Positions 24,230 through 37,492 of a stretch of DNA of 64,000 nucleotides are shown one piece after another. The notes beneath the pieces were generated by a model, which searched no databases, was not told the origin of the DNA, and worked only from the letters and a program-made list of their open reading frames with translations. Within the stretch, counting starts at the first letter, position 1. Each line of letters starts with the position of its first letter. A program made the position numbers and the translations under genes. This stretch comes from Squalus acanthias (lineage: Eukaryota): positions 54,562,001-54,626,000 of the forward strand of contig CM059432.1 in the NCBI GenBank assembly GCA_030390025.1. Reading direction: 5' to 3'.

Positions 24230-24984
24230 GGCCCCCGATGTTTATGGGGATGCGGGGAGGAAGCGGGGACGCGTGTCTACAGCCGGGAAATCTGGAAATG
24301 TCAGAAACATGGAGGTCCTGCTGAATTTAACGACATGACCTCATTAGAATTTTTTTACTCCTTTTCCTGCCCGGCAGCCTGCCAGGTTGAAGGCTGGTCG
24401 ACTGCCAGGCGGAAACTTCTGCGGTAGAAGATCAGAAAAGATCGGGGGTTGGCGTGGCGGGCTTGGATCGCGGTAGCGAGGAGGGTGGGAGAGAGATCGT
24501 GGGAGAGAGATCGGGGGAGGGAGAGATCACAGGGGAGGAGAGATTGCGGGGGAAGAGATCATGGAGGGAGAGATCGTGGTGGGTGGTTGGCCGATCACGG
24601 GGAGGGAGAGATTGCAGCAGTAGGTTTGCTTGAGGGGCCGGGGGAAAGCTCCTCCTAAACCACAAGCAGTGCTGGAAAAGCACTTATCTGCTGGAGCTGG
24701 CAGCTTCCGCTTCCCTTTAGCTGCCGGGTTTCCCAAGCCCTGGGAAACAGGCCCGCAGCTGTTAAATCCAAATGGCTCCCTAAATTTGAGGCACAAACCT
24801 ATATTTAAATATTATAATTATGGACTCGCCTCTCCAGAGCAGGATACTCGGCCACCCCCAAACACACTACGGTAAAACCAGAAGTAGGTGCATTCGCAGC
24901 AGGTTGGGGTCTGGTTTCACACTTTTACAGATTTAATCCCCGACCCTCTCCCGCCTGTCGTGGGGAGGGGTTAAAATTATCCCC
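24230..24984 (-). mobile_element. Harbinger-type MITE, family C, inverted copy
   Basis: Ends GGTTAAAATTATCCCC; internal GAGAGATCG-like repeats at 24490-24612. Confidence 0.65.
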
Positions 24985-24989
24985 AAAAT

Positions 24990-25415
24990 CTTTATATAAA
25001 ACCTTATCGTGTACTCAGGACATTTTCAAAGCACTTTTCAAATAATAGATCCCTTTTGAAGTGCAGTCAGTGTTGTTATGTAAACAAACACAGCAGCCAA
25101 AATGCACACAGCAAGATCCCACAAACAGCAACTGAATGAATGACCAGATTATCTGTTTTTGGTGATGGTTGACGGAGGAACGTTGGCCAAAACATTGGGA
25201 CAAATTTTCTCCCAATGCATCCCTGCTCTTCTTCAAATAGTTTGGTGGGATCTTTCACATCAACTTGAGGAAGCAGATGGAGCCTCAGTTTAAAATGTCA
25301 TCCAGGATTTGGCACATCCCTGAAGAGTCAGCCTAGATTATATGCTCAAGTCCATAGTGGGGCTTGAACTCAAAACTTCAAAGATAAGAGTGCTACCAAC
25401 TGTGGAAAACTGACA
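24990..25415 (-). mobile_element. Deu-domain type SINE (tRNA-like head)
   Basis: Contains GCAGCCAAAATGCACACAGCAAGATCCCACAAACAGCAA and ATGACCAGA..ATCTGTTTT, recalled as DeuSINE core; minus-strand B-box-like GAGTTCAAGCC near 25365. Confidence 0.7.
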
Positions 25416-25637
25416 ACAGTATCAATAAAAGTAAATTAATTTAATGACAAAGTTTGCTGCTGCTAATTTAAATAAAAATTGACTGCCTACAAATCAAGGC
25501 TGATTACAGGTCTGCACCACCATGTTATCAGCCATGACTAATCCAGACAGGCATAAGGAGAAGCCAGATTTACTGAACATAACAAACTAAAGCATGAATA
25601 TGCCATAAAGTGCAAATAAAACAATCTTCTTAAGAAC

Positions 25638-26346
25638 CTTCCCGGTACAATTTTTGGGGGAAATAAATTGGTTGGATAAATCAATCTTGGTGTTTCTCAC
25701 TAGCATGACTGAGCAAGCTGATTTTTTTTTAGTCATTTCTATATTCTTCAGCAAATACTGAATTAAATCAGTGGCCAAGGCCATTTCCTAAACAGAATCC
25801 CCAGAATAAAAATGAAGATTTTCCATTATGGAAAATAAGCAATTAACTTTAGATGTTAAGTCTAGAGTCATGGTCCATTTTCTGGTTGGCAAACTGGGTC
25901 CTGCTGGAGAGGAAAGTGTGAGCACGAGCTGGGAAATGGGATCAGGAACCCCTTACACACGATCCCTGCCTGATTTGGGCTGCCTGCGACCTCATAGCAG
26001 GAGCTTTAATCAATGGGAAAGGGCTTTTGCACAAATCATACAAGAGCCCTGAAAATTAAGCAAATAAATGGACAGTACCTGCTGCCGAGATTTCCTGTTT
26101 TCTCTCCTGAAATGTACTCTGCGAGCCCATATAATGTGGGTGATGATAAGAACACATAATCTGACCTTTGAAGAATTGATTTCATAAAGCTGTGTTGACG
26201 TTTCTTTGGCAGAGTTTTGCTTGCTAGATTGCTGCTTTCTGCTTGAGTTTCGCTGCATTTTCGTTGAATTATTTCCTTCATTGTTTCCTGCTTTTTCTCC
26301 TGCCTTTTTGCATTTCTGAATTTTTTTACAGCTGCAATTTTGGTTG
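25638..26346 (-). other. Two phase-compatible candidate host exons (26346-26166 and 25787-25638)
   Basis: AG/GT boundaries; open frames NQNCSCKK...YEINSSK and EMALATDLIQYLLKN...NCTGK join in phase 0; donors are weak; protein not recognised. Confidence 0.3.
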
Positions 26347-26639
26347 CTGCAATCAAAATTCAAAATGAGAATTGCTCCGGGTGCTCTCTTATTGAGGTAT
26401 TGGAGGAGAAAAACAAGGATCTGAGGAGGGTTGAGAGGCAGTTGTGTCAGCATCTTTAATGAGGAAAGACAAGCTAACAGTTCAGGTACAACCCTTTGTC
26501 AGATTCTGAGCGGCCCGCTGTTTATTTCCAGCATGTTTTGTTTTTATTTCAGATTGCCGGGTTTTTTTTGTTGCTTTTTCTTTGTATTTGAGAGGTAGTT
26601 ATATTTACACCAGAGGCAGATTGGTTGCACCCACCTTCA

Positions 26640-28925
26640 CCCAAACAGTCATGTCTACAGATGCAGGCACATGGTAATGACTGAGGAAAACTGCTGTAAC
26701 AGGCTCTGCTTTACTAGGGAGGCAGTGACAGAGTTATGTCATACCCTCGGGCTTAACCTGTAAACAAGATTCACTACAGGGGCGGCTCGGCCAGTGTTTT
26801 GTGAAGGTGACAACTGCACTAAACGTTTATGCCTCTGGAGCCTTTCAAGGCATTTCTAGGGATATGTGTAGCATTAGTCACTCAGCAATGCACTGATGCA
26901 CACAGCCAGGGCAAAGTTATTCATAAATGTTGACATGAAAAACTGGAGTACACTTTTTCGGTGTAGCAGGATTCCCCAAAGTGAAAGGCAATATTGATGA
27001 CACTGTAGTTATCCGGGCCCCTACATTGAATGCTATGGCATTTATGCATGACAAGGAGCTCCATTCAATGAACTTGCAGGTGGTCGGTGACCATTGGCAG
27101 AAAATGCTGCAAGTGGATGGCTACTTTCCTGGCCACAATCACGATGCATTCATTTTAAGACTATCTGTTGAGCCTCCAGACTGGACAGATAGGTGACCAA
27201 GGGTATCCTCTTCGGCCCTGGCTCATGACCCCATTGTGATAGCCACAAACATGAGGCAAATGTTGATATAACGAAGCTCGTGTGGCCAGCTGGATAACTG
27301 TGATGTTGTATTTTAGATGGCTGTGCAGATCAGGGGGCCATATTGCAGTATAGTCCTGCCAAGTAGTCTGTTGCATGTTGAGCAATGTTGCCATACAGAG
27401 AGCTGATGTATGGAGCAGCTAATAACAGTGTAGGACAGTGAGAACAAGCCCCAAAATATCCTTATTTTTACCTAGGAAGAATTATATACCAGACCCTAAT
27501 AGGTGACAATTTCAGCTAAATGCCTGATCGACCCAATGCACACAGTCCAGTCTGCAAAGACCTGCCTCAAGGTTCTCTCCACCCAATTCCCCAGCATGTT
27601 GAAGTTGAATGGGACAGTCTGTTGTACATCGAAATCCAAGACCTCTCTAGTGGAAGTCTGACGATTCACAAGAAGTATTCTACCTGGGCTTTGGACCTCT
27701 GCCACTATAGGATCCACTGTATAGGTTTGTGGCATTGCCACATGCTCCATGGTGCACTGCAATTCTGTTAAGTGGTCATAGACAACTGTACACATACAGG
27801 TAATGGGCAACTCCACAGTCATCACCAGACCTTGCAGGGTGCTTTGCATACTCTCAAATGACTGCATAAAACTTTGGTGCTCATAAAGCAACATTCTTTT
27901 ATATGCATGCCCCGCGAGGACCAAATTCCTTGGAGAGGAAGGATGCAAGTTGGCCCTTTGGTCATCAGGTTCCTGCTCCTCCACTCCCATTTCCACCTAC
28001 TTTTTCTCAACTACGGTGAATGCTTCATCTGATGCTCACACTTCAAACTGATTATCAAAATCTCCTATGGTGACTGTACCTGTGCTGATGCGTGCAGCAG
28101 GTGGAGACATTGATGCAGGGTGCTGTGAAGTGTTGGCTTCTTTTACAGATTCTTTGAGGAAAATATATTAGAATGCTGGCTGCAGGTTGCCCCTTCAAAC
28201 AGAGCTTAGAAATGTGGCAATGATCTGTTAACACTCCTGATTGCCCAGCACTAATGGGTCATCTACAATAACCACACCTTTGGACACCTCCTTATCCTAC
28301 TTATTTCCTGAAGGCTGCTGTTCATTGGTTTCCTGCATGCTGATGTATTTCTCAATTGTGATAACCTCAAACATGCAGCACAGCATCACTATTTTGGACA
28401 CTTTGGCCGGAATTTCCTGGGGTCTGTGCGGACGCTATTGAGGCGGGTAGGGTGGGTCCTCTTGACCACATCCCTGCTGTTTACCTCCTCTGCTATTTGG
28501 AGCCAGGCTCTTTTGGTCTCCTGGGAGGTCTCTTCCACCCATTAGAAGGGAAGAGGGCCCCTGCGTGCTCTGACTCCCTCCACAAGCATATCGGAAAGCC
28601 TGGGTGCAGCCCTCTGTCTCAGTGCAGTCATGTTTGGCACTCTTTCCAGCAGTCCAATTGTGCAGTGTGCTGCCTGCACTATCCTAGATGAATCTTCAAA
28701 TGCAATGTGTCCATGGCCCCTTTAAATATCCCGGCTGAAAATGTGTCATCGCTGACGGCATCAGACCCACACCATTTAATTGGGCCAGGTAACGCGCAGG
28801 GTGGCCTTAAGCGGCCCCGTTAACGCAAAGTCGATCTGAGGAGCGGCATGGAATCAGGAACAAGGTCGCAACCCGCCACGGCGACCGCCCGCACCTGACC
28901 CGCCCAGGTACGGAAAAGTCCAGCC
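26640..28925. mobile_element. Highly degraded two-gene Harbinger element
   Basis: + strand transposase relic (GNIDD, HSMNLQVVGDH, HDAFIL) at ~26700-27400; - strand Myb-like relics at 27500-28640; end AAAAGTCCAGCC. Confidence 0.7.
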
Positions 28926-29218
28926 TTTCTCAGAGGTGTAGTATAAGGTGCCTTCCCCTAAGTGATCCTGGCAATTGAACTATTAGTTTGGAATTTCCTG
29001 CAATGGTGCAAATATCGACGTACACTATTAATTATGTCATTTTGTGCCTGTTCTTCATGTTGCAAACCTACTCCAAAATTTCCTGGAACACTAATTTGAA
29101 TGTGCCCCCGTGAGCACAGTGAAGAATCAGGAACCTGAGAACTGGCACAGCAATAGCTTACCCCATCTGAATCAATTAACTAAGTAAGCAGATCAATATT
29201 GACACAAACAGAGACATA

Positions 29219-29974
29219 GGCCCGGATTTTGCAGTCAGCAACAAAGTGACTGTGCTCGCTGCCGACCTTGAAGAAAGCTGCTCACAAAGTTTTAGCGGGC
29301 TCTGTGGCATCGATTTCCCATTTTCCGATGTGACTTTCCACCTGTCGCCGTCTATAGGGGATTTCTGGTGTGCAGCAACAGTGATGTCATCAAGCAGGTT
29401 GAGCAGCCAATTGAAGAATTCTCACAGGCAGAAAACCAAGAAGTAAAAAGCAGGTTTTATCATTCACTTTTTAATCATTTTACAGAAAGCGAAATAAAGA
29501 TTGGGACATACACATGGGATTAAGGTAAAAGGTGAAATATCATAAACAAACTTTAAAAAAAATAAAAATTAATTTAAATTATTTTAAAAATCTATGGAAT
29601 TTTTATCATGGAATGGAGGAAATGACACTCCACAATATAAAATTAGTTTTTCAGGGCCAGAGAGTTGTTCAGCAATAATTATGACTTAGTATGCTGTTAA
29701 AAACTCAGTTACACCTCATTCAACAAGGCTTAACTTTTTCAAGGGTTTTTACAGCAAGAATAATGCATAAAAAGTTAAAGTTCATGTCAGGTCACTGATT
29801 CTGTGTTGATTGCAGCTGCGAAGACTGCAACAGTGCACCCTATGGAGAAGCAGGGTATCACTGACAGAAACCTTCGGATTTCCGCATTTAACTGCGCATG
29901 TACGGACGCCAGAAGTTGCTGTCAGTTTTATAGAGTAATGACAGTAAGCGTCATTACAACCGCAAAATCCGGGC
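29219..29974. mobile_element. Harbinger-type MITE, family B-like
   Basis: Termini GGCCCGGATTTTGC / GCAAAATCCGGGC; internal similarity to 41563-47172 and 58492-59145. Confidence 0.75.
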
Positions 29975-30047
29975 ATTGAATTCTGAATTTCAAATCTTTT
30001 CATTAAACTAAAAAGTACTAAAAAGATTCGCATTACTAAAAGTTGGT

Positions 30048-31605
30048 AAGTCACCTGGTCCAGATGGAATGCATCCTAGGTTGCTGAAAGAAGCAAAGGT
30101 AGAAATAGCAGAGGCATTGGTCAGAATTTTTCAATCCTCATTGGATACAGGAGTAGTGCCAGAGGAGTGGAGGGTTGCTAATGTTATACCACTATTCAAG
30201 AAAGGGAAGAGGAATAAATTACAGGCCATTCCATCTCATATCGGTGGTGGGGAAGTTATTGGAAACCATTATCAGGGACAAAATAAACTTTCATTTGGAA
30301 AGGCATGAGTAAATCAAGGAGACCCAACATGGATTTGTTAAAGGTAAATCGTGTCTGATAAACTTGACTGAATTCTTTGACGAGGTAACAGAGAAGGTTG
30401 ATCAAGGTAGTGCAGTAGTGTTGTATATATGGACTTCCGGAAGGAATTCAACAAAGTGCCACACAGGAGGCTTATTAAGATGGAAGCCCATGGAATTAAG
30501 GGGAAAGTGACGGTACGGATACAAAATTGGCTCAGTGACAGGAAGCAAAGGGTGGTGGTGGACGGATGCTTTTCAGACTGGGAGGTGGTTTGCAGTGGTG
30601 TTCCCCAAGAGTCAGTTTTGGGTCCATTGCTCTTTGCAATTTTTATAAATGACCTTGGCTCGAGTGTAGGGAACACCATTATAAAGATTGCAGATGATAC
30701 AAAACTTGGCAAAGTAGTAGATCATGATGAGGATCATTGTATTCTTCAGGCTGATATAGACAGGATGGTGAAATGGGCAGAAGCATGGCAAATGGAGTTC
30801 AATGCGGAGAAGTGTGAAGTGATGCACTTTGGGAGGACTAATATGGAAAGGCAGTATACTATAAATGGCACATATTTGAAAAGTGTAGATGGGCAGAGAG
30901 ATCTTGGTGTCCATATACACAAATCCTTAAAGGTGGCAGGGCAAGTTGGTAAGGTGGTCAAAAAAGCATATGGGTTTTAAATTTTGTTTTATAAATAGAG
31001 GGATAGAATAAAAAACCGAAGAGATCATGTTAGAACTTTATAAATACTCAGAACGAGTATTCTGGACAATTCTGGGCATCACATTTCAGGAAAGATGTAA
31101 AGGCCTTAGAAAGGGTACAGAGAAGGTTTACCAGGATGTTACCAGGAATGTGGGACTTCAGTTATGAGGAGAGGTTGGAAGAGTTAGGACTGTTCTCCTT
31201 GGAACAGAGAAGGGTAAGAGATGACCTAATAGAGGTTTTCAAGATGATGAGAGGTGTTGATAGAGTAGATAGAGGAAAAACTATTCCCTCTGGCGAGTGG
31301 GTCAATAACTAGAGGTCATAGATTCAAAATCATTGGAAAAAGATCTAGAGGGGAGATAAGGAGATTTTTTTTCACTCAGAGAGTTGTCGGGATCTGGAAC
31401 GCTGTACCTGAAAAGGTGGTGGAAGCTGATTTCATAAATAATTTTAAAAGGGAGTTGGACGGGTACTTGAGGATGAGGAAATTACAGGGTTACGGACAAA
31501 AAGTGAGGCTGTGGGACTAAGCACGACTGCTCTTTCAAAGAGCCCGCACAGGCACAATGGGCCGAATGGCCTCCTTCTGTGCTGTAAGTTTCCATGAATC
31601 TATGA
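30048..31605 (+). mobile_element. CR1 LINE, 5'-truncated (RT domain plus 3' tail), frameshifted
   Basis: SPGPDGMHPRLLKE, GVPQESVLGP, IADDTKL; tail GGGCCGAATGGCCTCCTTCTGTGCTG. Confidence 0.92.
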
Positions 31606-31860
31606 ATTATTCTGAACTTGATCACTTGCAGAAAATGGAGATATGAACACACTAAGCTGCTGTACTCAGTTTTCAGAAACATTCTAAGTTAGAACTTTAT
31701 TTTTTTGCCATTTATTTAGTAGATGACATTAGTAATTTAAGTTGCCTAAAAAGTCGCATAAAACAAACACTGTATTTCAACAATGGCATCTATCGTATCC
31801 ATTCTTTACACTCACTGATGCCCAGTTTGTGTTCCGCCAAGACCACTCAGCTCCCGAACT

Positions 31861-33800
31861 CATAGAAAGTTACAGCACGGAAGGAGGCCATTTCGGCCCA
31901 TCGTGTCCGCGCCGGCCAACAAAGAACTATCCAGCCTAATCCCACTTCCCAGCTCTTGGTCTATAGCCCTGCAGGTTAGAGCATCCCAAGTGCACATCCA
32001 AGTACTTTTTAAATGTGGTTAGGGTTTCTGCCTCTACCACCCTTTCAGGCAGTGAGTTCCAGACCCCCACAACCCTCTGGGTGAAGAAATTTTCCCTCAA
32101 ATCCCCTCTAAACCTTCCACCAATTACTTTAAATCTGTGCCCCCCCCCCCCCCTGGTTTTTGACCCCTCTGCTAAGGGAAATAGGTCCTTTCTATTCACT
32201 TTATCTAGGCCCCTCATAATTTTATACACCTCAATAAGGTCTCCCCTCAGCCTCCTCTGTTCCAAGGTAAACAAACCCAGCCTATCCAATCTTTCCTCAT
32301 AGCTAAAATTCCCCAGCCCAGGCAATATCCTCGTAAATCTCCTCTGCACCCACTCCAGTGCAATCACATCTTTCCTGTAATGTGGTGAGCAGAACTGCAC
32401 GTAGTACTCTAGCTGAGGCCTAACTAGTGTTTTATACAGTTGAAGCATAACCCCCCTGCTCTTGTATTCTATACCACAGTTAATAAAGGCAAGCATTCCG
32501 TATGCCTTCTTAACCACCTTATCTACCTGGCCTGCTACCTTCAGGGATCTGTGGACATGCACTCCAAGGCCCCTTTGTTCCTCTACACTACTCAGTGTCC
32601 TACCATTTAATGTGTATTCCCTTTCTTTGTTAGCCCTCCCCAAATGCATTACCTCACACTTCTCCGGATTTAATTCTATTTGCCACTGTTCTGCCCACCT
32701 AACCAATTTATTGATATCTTCCTGCAGTCTACAGCTTCCTTCTTCAGTATCAACCACACAGCCGATTTTAGTATCATCTGCAAACTTCTTAATCATACCC
32801 CCTATATTCAAGTCTAGATCATTGATATATACCACAAAAAGCAAGGGACCTAACACTGAGCCCTGCTGAACTCCACTGGAAACAGCCTTCCAGTCACAAA
32901 AATACCCATCAACCATTACCCTCTGCTTCCTGCCTCTGAGCCAGTTTTGAATCCAACTTGACACTTTGCACTGGATCCCATGGGCTTTTAACTTCGTGAC
33001 CAGTCTGCCATGTGGAACCTTATCAAAAGCCTTGCTAAAGTCCATATACACTACATCAAATGCACTACCCTCATCTACCCTCCTTGTTACCTCTTCAAAA
33101 AATTCTATCAAGTTTGTCAGACACGACCTTCCCTTAACAAATCCGTGTCTTTCTAAATGAAGATTTATCCTGTCCTTCAGAATTCTTTCCAATAATTTTC
33201 CCACCACCGAGGTTAGGCTGACTGGCCTGTAATTACTCGGTCTATTCTTTTCTCCCTTTTTAAACAAGGATACCACATTAGCAGTCCTCCAGTCCTCCGG
33301 CACTACACCTGAAGCCAGAGAGGATTGGAAAATGATGGTCAGGGCCTCTGCTGTTTCCTCTTTTGCTTCGCTTAACAGCCTGGAATATATTTCATCCGGG
33401 CCTGGGGATTTATCCACTTTTAAAGCTGCTAAACACTTAATACTTCCTCTCTCACCATGTTTATTTCATCTAATATTTCACACTCCTCCTCCCTGATAGC
33501 AATGTCTGCTTCGCCCCTCTCCTTTGTGAAAACAGATGCAAAGTATTCATTAAGAACCCTACCGACGTCTCCTGCCTCCACACACAGATTACCCTCATGA
33601 TCTCTAATAGGCCCTACCCTTTCTTTAGTTATCCTCTTACTCTTAATATATGTATAAAACATCTTTGGGCTTTCCTTGATTTTACTTGCCAAGAATTTTT
33701 CATGCTCTCTCTTTGCTTTCCTAATATCCTTTTTTAATTGCACCCCTGCACTTTCTGTACTCCTCGAACGATTCTGCAGTATTTAGCCCTCAGTATCTGT
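31861..33800 (-). mobile_element. CR1 LINE, 5'-truncated, with a 493-codon open RT-containing ORF2 segment (31936-33417)
   Basis: NYRPVSLTSVVGK, YMDFSKAFDKVPH, QGSVLGP, FADDTK, GKWD stop; 3' tail at 31861-31935. Confidence 0.95.
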
Positions 33801-35030
33801 CATTACAGCCTTGGTCCAAACATGGACAAAGGAGCTGAATTCCTTAGGTGAGATGAGAGTGACTGCCCTTGATATCAAGGCAGCATTTGACCGAGTGTGG
33901 CATCAAGGAGCCCTAGTAAAACTGAAGTCAATGGGAATCGGGGGGGAAAACTCTCCATTAGCTGGAGTCATACCTAGCACAAAGGAAGATGGTTGTGGTG
34001 GTTGAAGGTCAATCATCACAGCCCCAGGACATCACTGCAGGAGTTCCTCAGGGCAGTGTCCTAGACTCAACCATCTTCAGCTGCTTCATCAATGAACTTC
34101 TCTCCAACATAAGGTCAGAAATGGGGATGTTCGTTGATAACTGCACAGTGTTCAGCGACATTCACAACTCCTCAGATAATAAAGCAGTCCATGCCCGCAT
34201 GCAACAAGACCTGAACGACGTTCAGGCTTGGGCTGATAATTGTCAGGTAACATTCGCACCACACAAGTGCCAGGCAATGACTATCTCCAACAAGCAAGAG
34301 TCTAACCACCGCCCCTTGATATTCAATGGCATTACCATCGCCGAATCCCCACCATCAACATCCTGGGGTTCACCATTGACCAGAAACTTAACTGGACCAG
34401 CCACATAAATACTGTGGCAACAAGAGCAGGTCAGAGGCTAAGTATTCTGCGGCGAGTGTCTCACCTCCTGACTCCCCAAAGCCTTTTCACCATCTACAAG
34501 GCACAAGTAAGGAGTGTGATGGAATACTCTCCACTTGCCTGGATGAGTTGGGCTCCAACAACACTCAAGAACCTCAACACTATCCAGGACAAAGCAGCCC
34601 ACTTGATTGGCGCCCCATCCACCACCTTAAACATTCACTCCCTCCACCACCGGCGTACTGTGCCTGCAGTGTGTACCATCTATAAGATGCACTGCAGCAA
34701 CTCACCAAGGCTTCTTCAGCAGCACCTCCCAAACCCACGACCTCTTCCACCTAGAAGGACAAGGGCAGCAGGCACATGGGAACACCACCACCTCCAAGTT
34801 CCCCTCCAAGTCACACACCATCCTGACTTGGAAATATATCGCCGTTCCTTCATCATCACTGGGTCAAAATCCTGGAACTCCCTACTTAACAGCACTGTGG
34901 GAGTACCTTCATCACACGGACTGCAGCGGTTCAAGAAGGTGGCTCACCACCACCTTCTCAAGGGCAACTAGGGATGGGCAATAAATGCTGGCCTTGCCAG
35001 CGACGCCCACATCCCATAAATGAAATTTTA
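33801..35030 (+). mobile_element. Second, divergent CR1/L2-group LINE family, 3' portion
   Basis: ALDIKAAFDRVWH, GVPQGSVL, IYKAQVRSVMEY; tail GGGCAACTAGGGATGGGCAATAAATGCTGGCCTTGCCAGCGACGCCCACATCCC. Confidence 0.88.
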
Positions 35031-35035
35031 AAAAT

Positions 35036-37492
35036 GTGCACAATGGGATGTGTCTGCAATCTACATATCACATGTCTAACTCATGTCTTTACTCTCCCAC
35101 AGGACAATCCATAGCACCCCTCCCTACTGTCCAGGAGGAAGAGCAGGAGGACTCCTCAGAGGATGCTGCATCCTCTGAGGGAGCAGCGTCGGTAGAAGTG
35201 AGCGCACCCAGCACCAGCGCAGAGACGCACACCTCGGTGGGTCATTTGCGAGATAGAGTAGCATTGTCACCTGGTGTATCACAACTCACGAGTGAGCAAG
35301 AGCAGATGGTGGAGACAGGGACCGCAGTGGAGAGTCCTCGTCAGAGGCCGCAGGACGCTCCTAGCTCTGCTCAGCTGCATGTAGACACTGAGCCTCGGGG
35401 GCCATCCAGAAAGAGAGCAGTGCTGGAGTTTCAGGGACAAGTGCAGGAGGTTCTGACTGGGTTTGCAACTACGGTGACTGCGAGTGTGCAGAGAATGGAG
35501 GAGACCATGTCAAACATGAGCAATGCCATGGTGCACGCAATAGCGAATATAGGTACTGCCTACAGGAACATGGTGACTCTTTTAGATAGATGGTCAGATA
35601 TGGAGGATAGATGGGCATCTATTGTGGAGAGGATCCAGAGGTATATGGACGTCCCCGTTATGAGAACTGTCAGTACAGAGACGGGTCCTCATGGCCCCAC
35701 TGATGTGCAGCAAGGTGCTCTCCAGCTACTTGCTAGCAGAGAAGTGCGGGTGGCCCATGAGAGGGATGATGGTGGGAGGTGGCATGCAAGTGGGGGCTCC
35801 TCTCCAAGCACTCATACTTCCATCCCCTTGCCAAACCCTCGGTCAGAGCCCCAGATGACTGCCCGAGCAGTGATGGCCGAGTCTGCTCAGCTGCACGTAG
35901 ACACTGAGCCTCGGGGGCCATCCAGAAAGAGAGCAGTGCTGGAGTTTCAGCCACAGGAGGAGCAGACTTTGGCGGGGCCTTCACAGGCTCCAAAACCCAG
36001 CGGACGACCGCCAAAGGCGTCTAAGCAGGCGCAGCAAGGAAGTGAGCAGGCTATCTCTACATCTGCTGAAGCCACAGGGGTAGCACCACGTAGAAGCACG
36101 CGTAAGATAAAGCTGACACATAAATAATCACAATGGTACTCACTTGGGTGTTCTGCTAGAATTCAATGTAAAGTTTCTGTTCTTTTATTCTGTTAGAATA
36201 AATTAATGTGGTATGAATATTTGACATCGTTGCCATATGTGTGCTCACAATTTGAAGTGACACTGAAGTATGAGGACGTCTTTTATGTCCAGCAATGCAG
36301 GTGACATTGGATACAGAGTTAACACTACACATTTACAGCCTCAAGACAGAATGGGCTGGATTTTGATACTGGGGCGGGTTGGGGTCGTGTCATCCACTTT
36401 TCGTGTTATCCACTCGACTGCAATTGGATGTGGGACATTGATGCAATTTTCACCTAATTGGGCAATTGAGTTCCAGCATGTGGGAATCCATGAACCAATT
36501 AGTGTTTTCAGTCTGAAAATCGCCTCTGATGATGTCATCATTGCTGCTGCATTGAAGGTCTTCAGAGACTGCCTGGCCTTTGCTGTGAGAGGACCTGCAA
36601 AATGAGCAGCAGCAGTCCTAAGTCTGCTCCCAGATATTTTTACACCACCACTCCCAGATATGTCTCCTCTCCATCCATCCATATATACATCCATCCACAT
36701 AGCCATCCATATATGCATCCCCATAGCCAGCCAGCCAGCCAGCCAGCCGGCCGGCTGGCTAGTCATAGTCAGCTCTCCAAATGTGCTCCCGCCAGGTTTC
36801 ACATTCGTGGTTCAGAACAGGCATGCTTCACGTAGAAAAAGGATTAAAATCACAAAGGCCTTTCAAAATAGCATTATAGAGGCAATTTAGTGCTTGTTAA
36901 GGGCCTTAACAGCCTATCCCGCCTCTTAGAGGCGGGGCGGAATCGGGACCAGCAGACACGATTTAATGAAAATTGTGTGGAGGTGGGATGGAGGCGGACT
37001 TATGCCCGCCCGCCAGTTTTCGCAATTTTAACCCCCCACACGCCTCCAAACCCACCTCCACGGGTCAATGAAAATCCAGCCCAATATGTCTCCCAAATCA
37101 TGAAATCAGCAACCTCTGACACTTGAAATTGAGCAGATGTGAGATTGCAGCTTTTAGACTGCAGTTGCAGCTGTGAAGTATCCAGCTCGTTGGTCCTCCC
37201 GACACACTTAACTGGCGTGATCTCCGAATGTCGTGAAACCCGTTGAAAATGTTGGAAAATAGGAAAAGTCTGTCAAAATAGCAGTTAACAAGCACTTAAC
37301 AAGGAGTTAAGTGCCTTAAATCCCTTACCTGCCGCTTGGTGTCGGGTCTGTTGTGAAATCGCAGACCCGACACTCTTGAAACGCACACGGAGGCGGGTTC
37401 GCAGCGGGTTTCCAACCCGCTGTCAATCATTGCGACTTTAACTGCTGACCCGCCTCCGAACCCAGCCTCTGAGCGCCGGCAAAATCGTAGCC
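35036..37492 (+). mobile_element. Internally deleted Harbinger of the 12375-16587 family (Myb exon 3 kept, transposase and left end missing)
   Basis: 35036-36270 aligns to ~13470-14680; 37083-37492 aligns to ~16170-16587 and ends AAAATCGTAGCC; exon 3 is open to the stop at 36127. Confidence 0.85.
36353..37082. mobile_element. MITE derived from the 50379-54661 Harbinger family (730 bp)
   Basis: Perfect 12-bp TIR GGGCTGGATTTT; TSD AAT (36350-36352, 37083-37085); both subterminal regions align to the ends of 50379-54661; central (ATCC)n/(AGCC)n filler. Confidence 0.9.

Noticed and set aside
31936..33417. Active or domesticated reverse transcriptase gene
   Set aside because: 5'-truncated CR1 lacking the endonuclease and ORF1, with an upstream in-frame stop and an apparent small deletion before HGF
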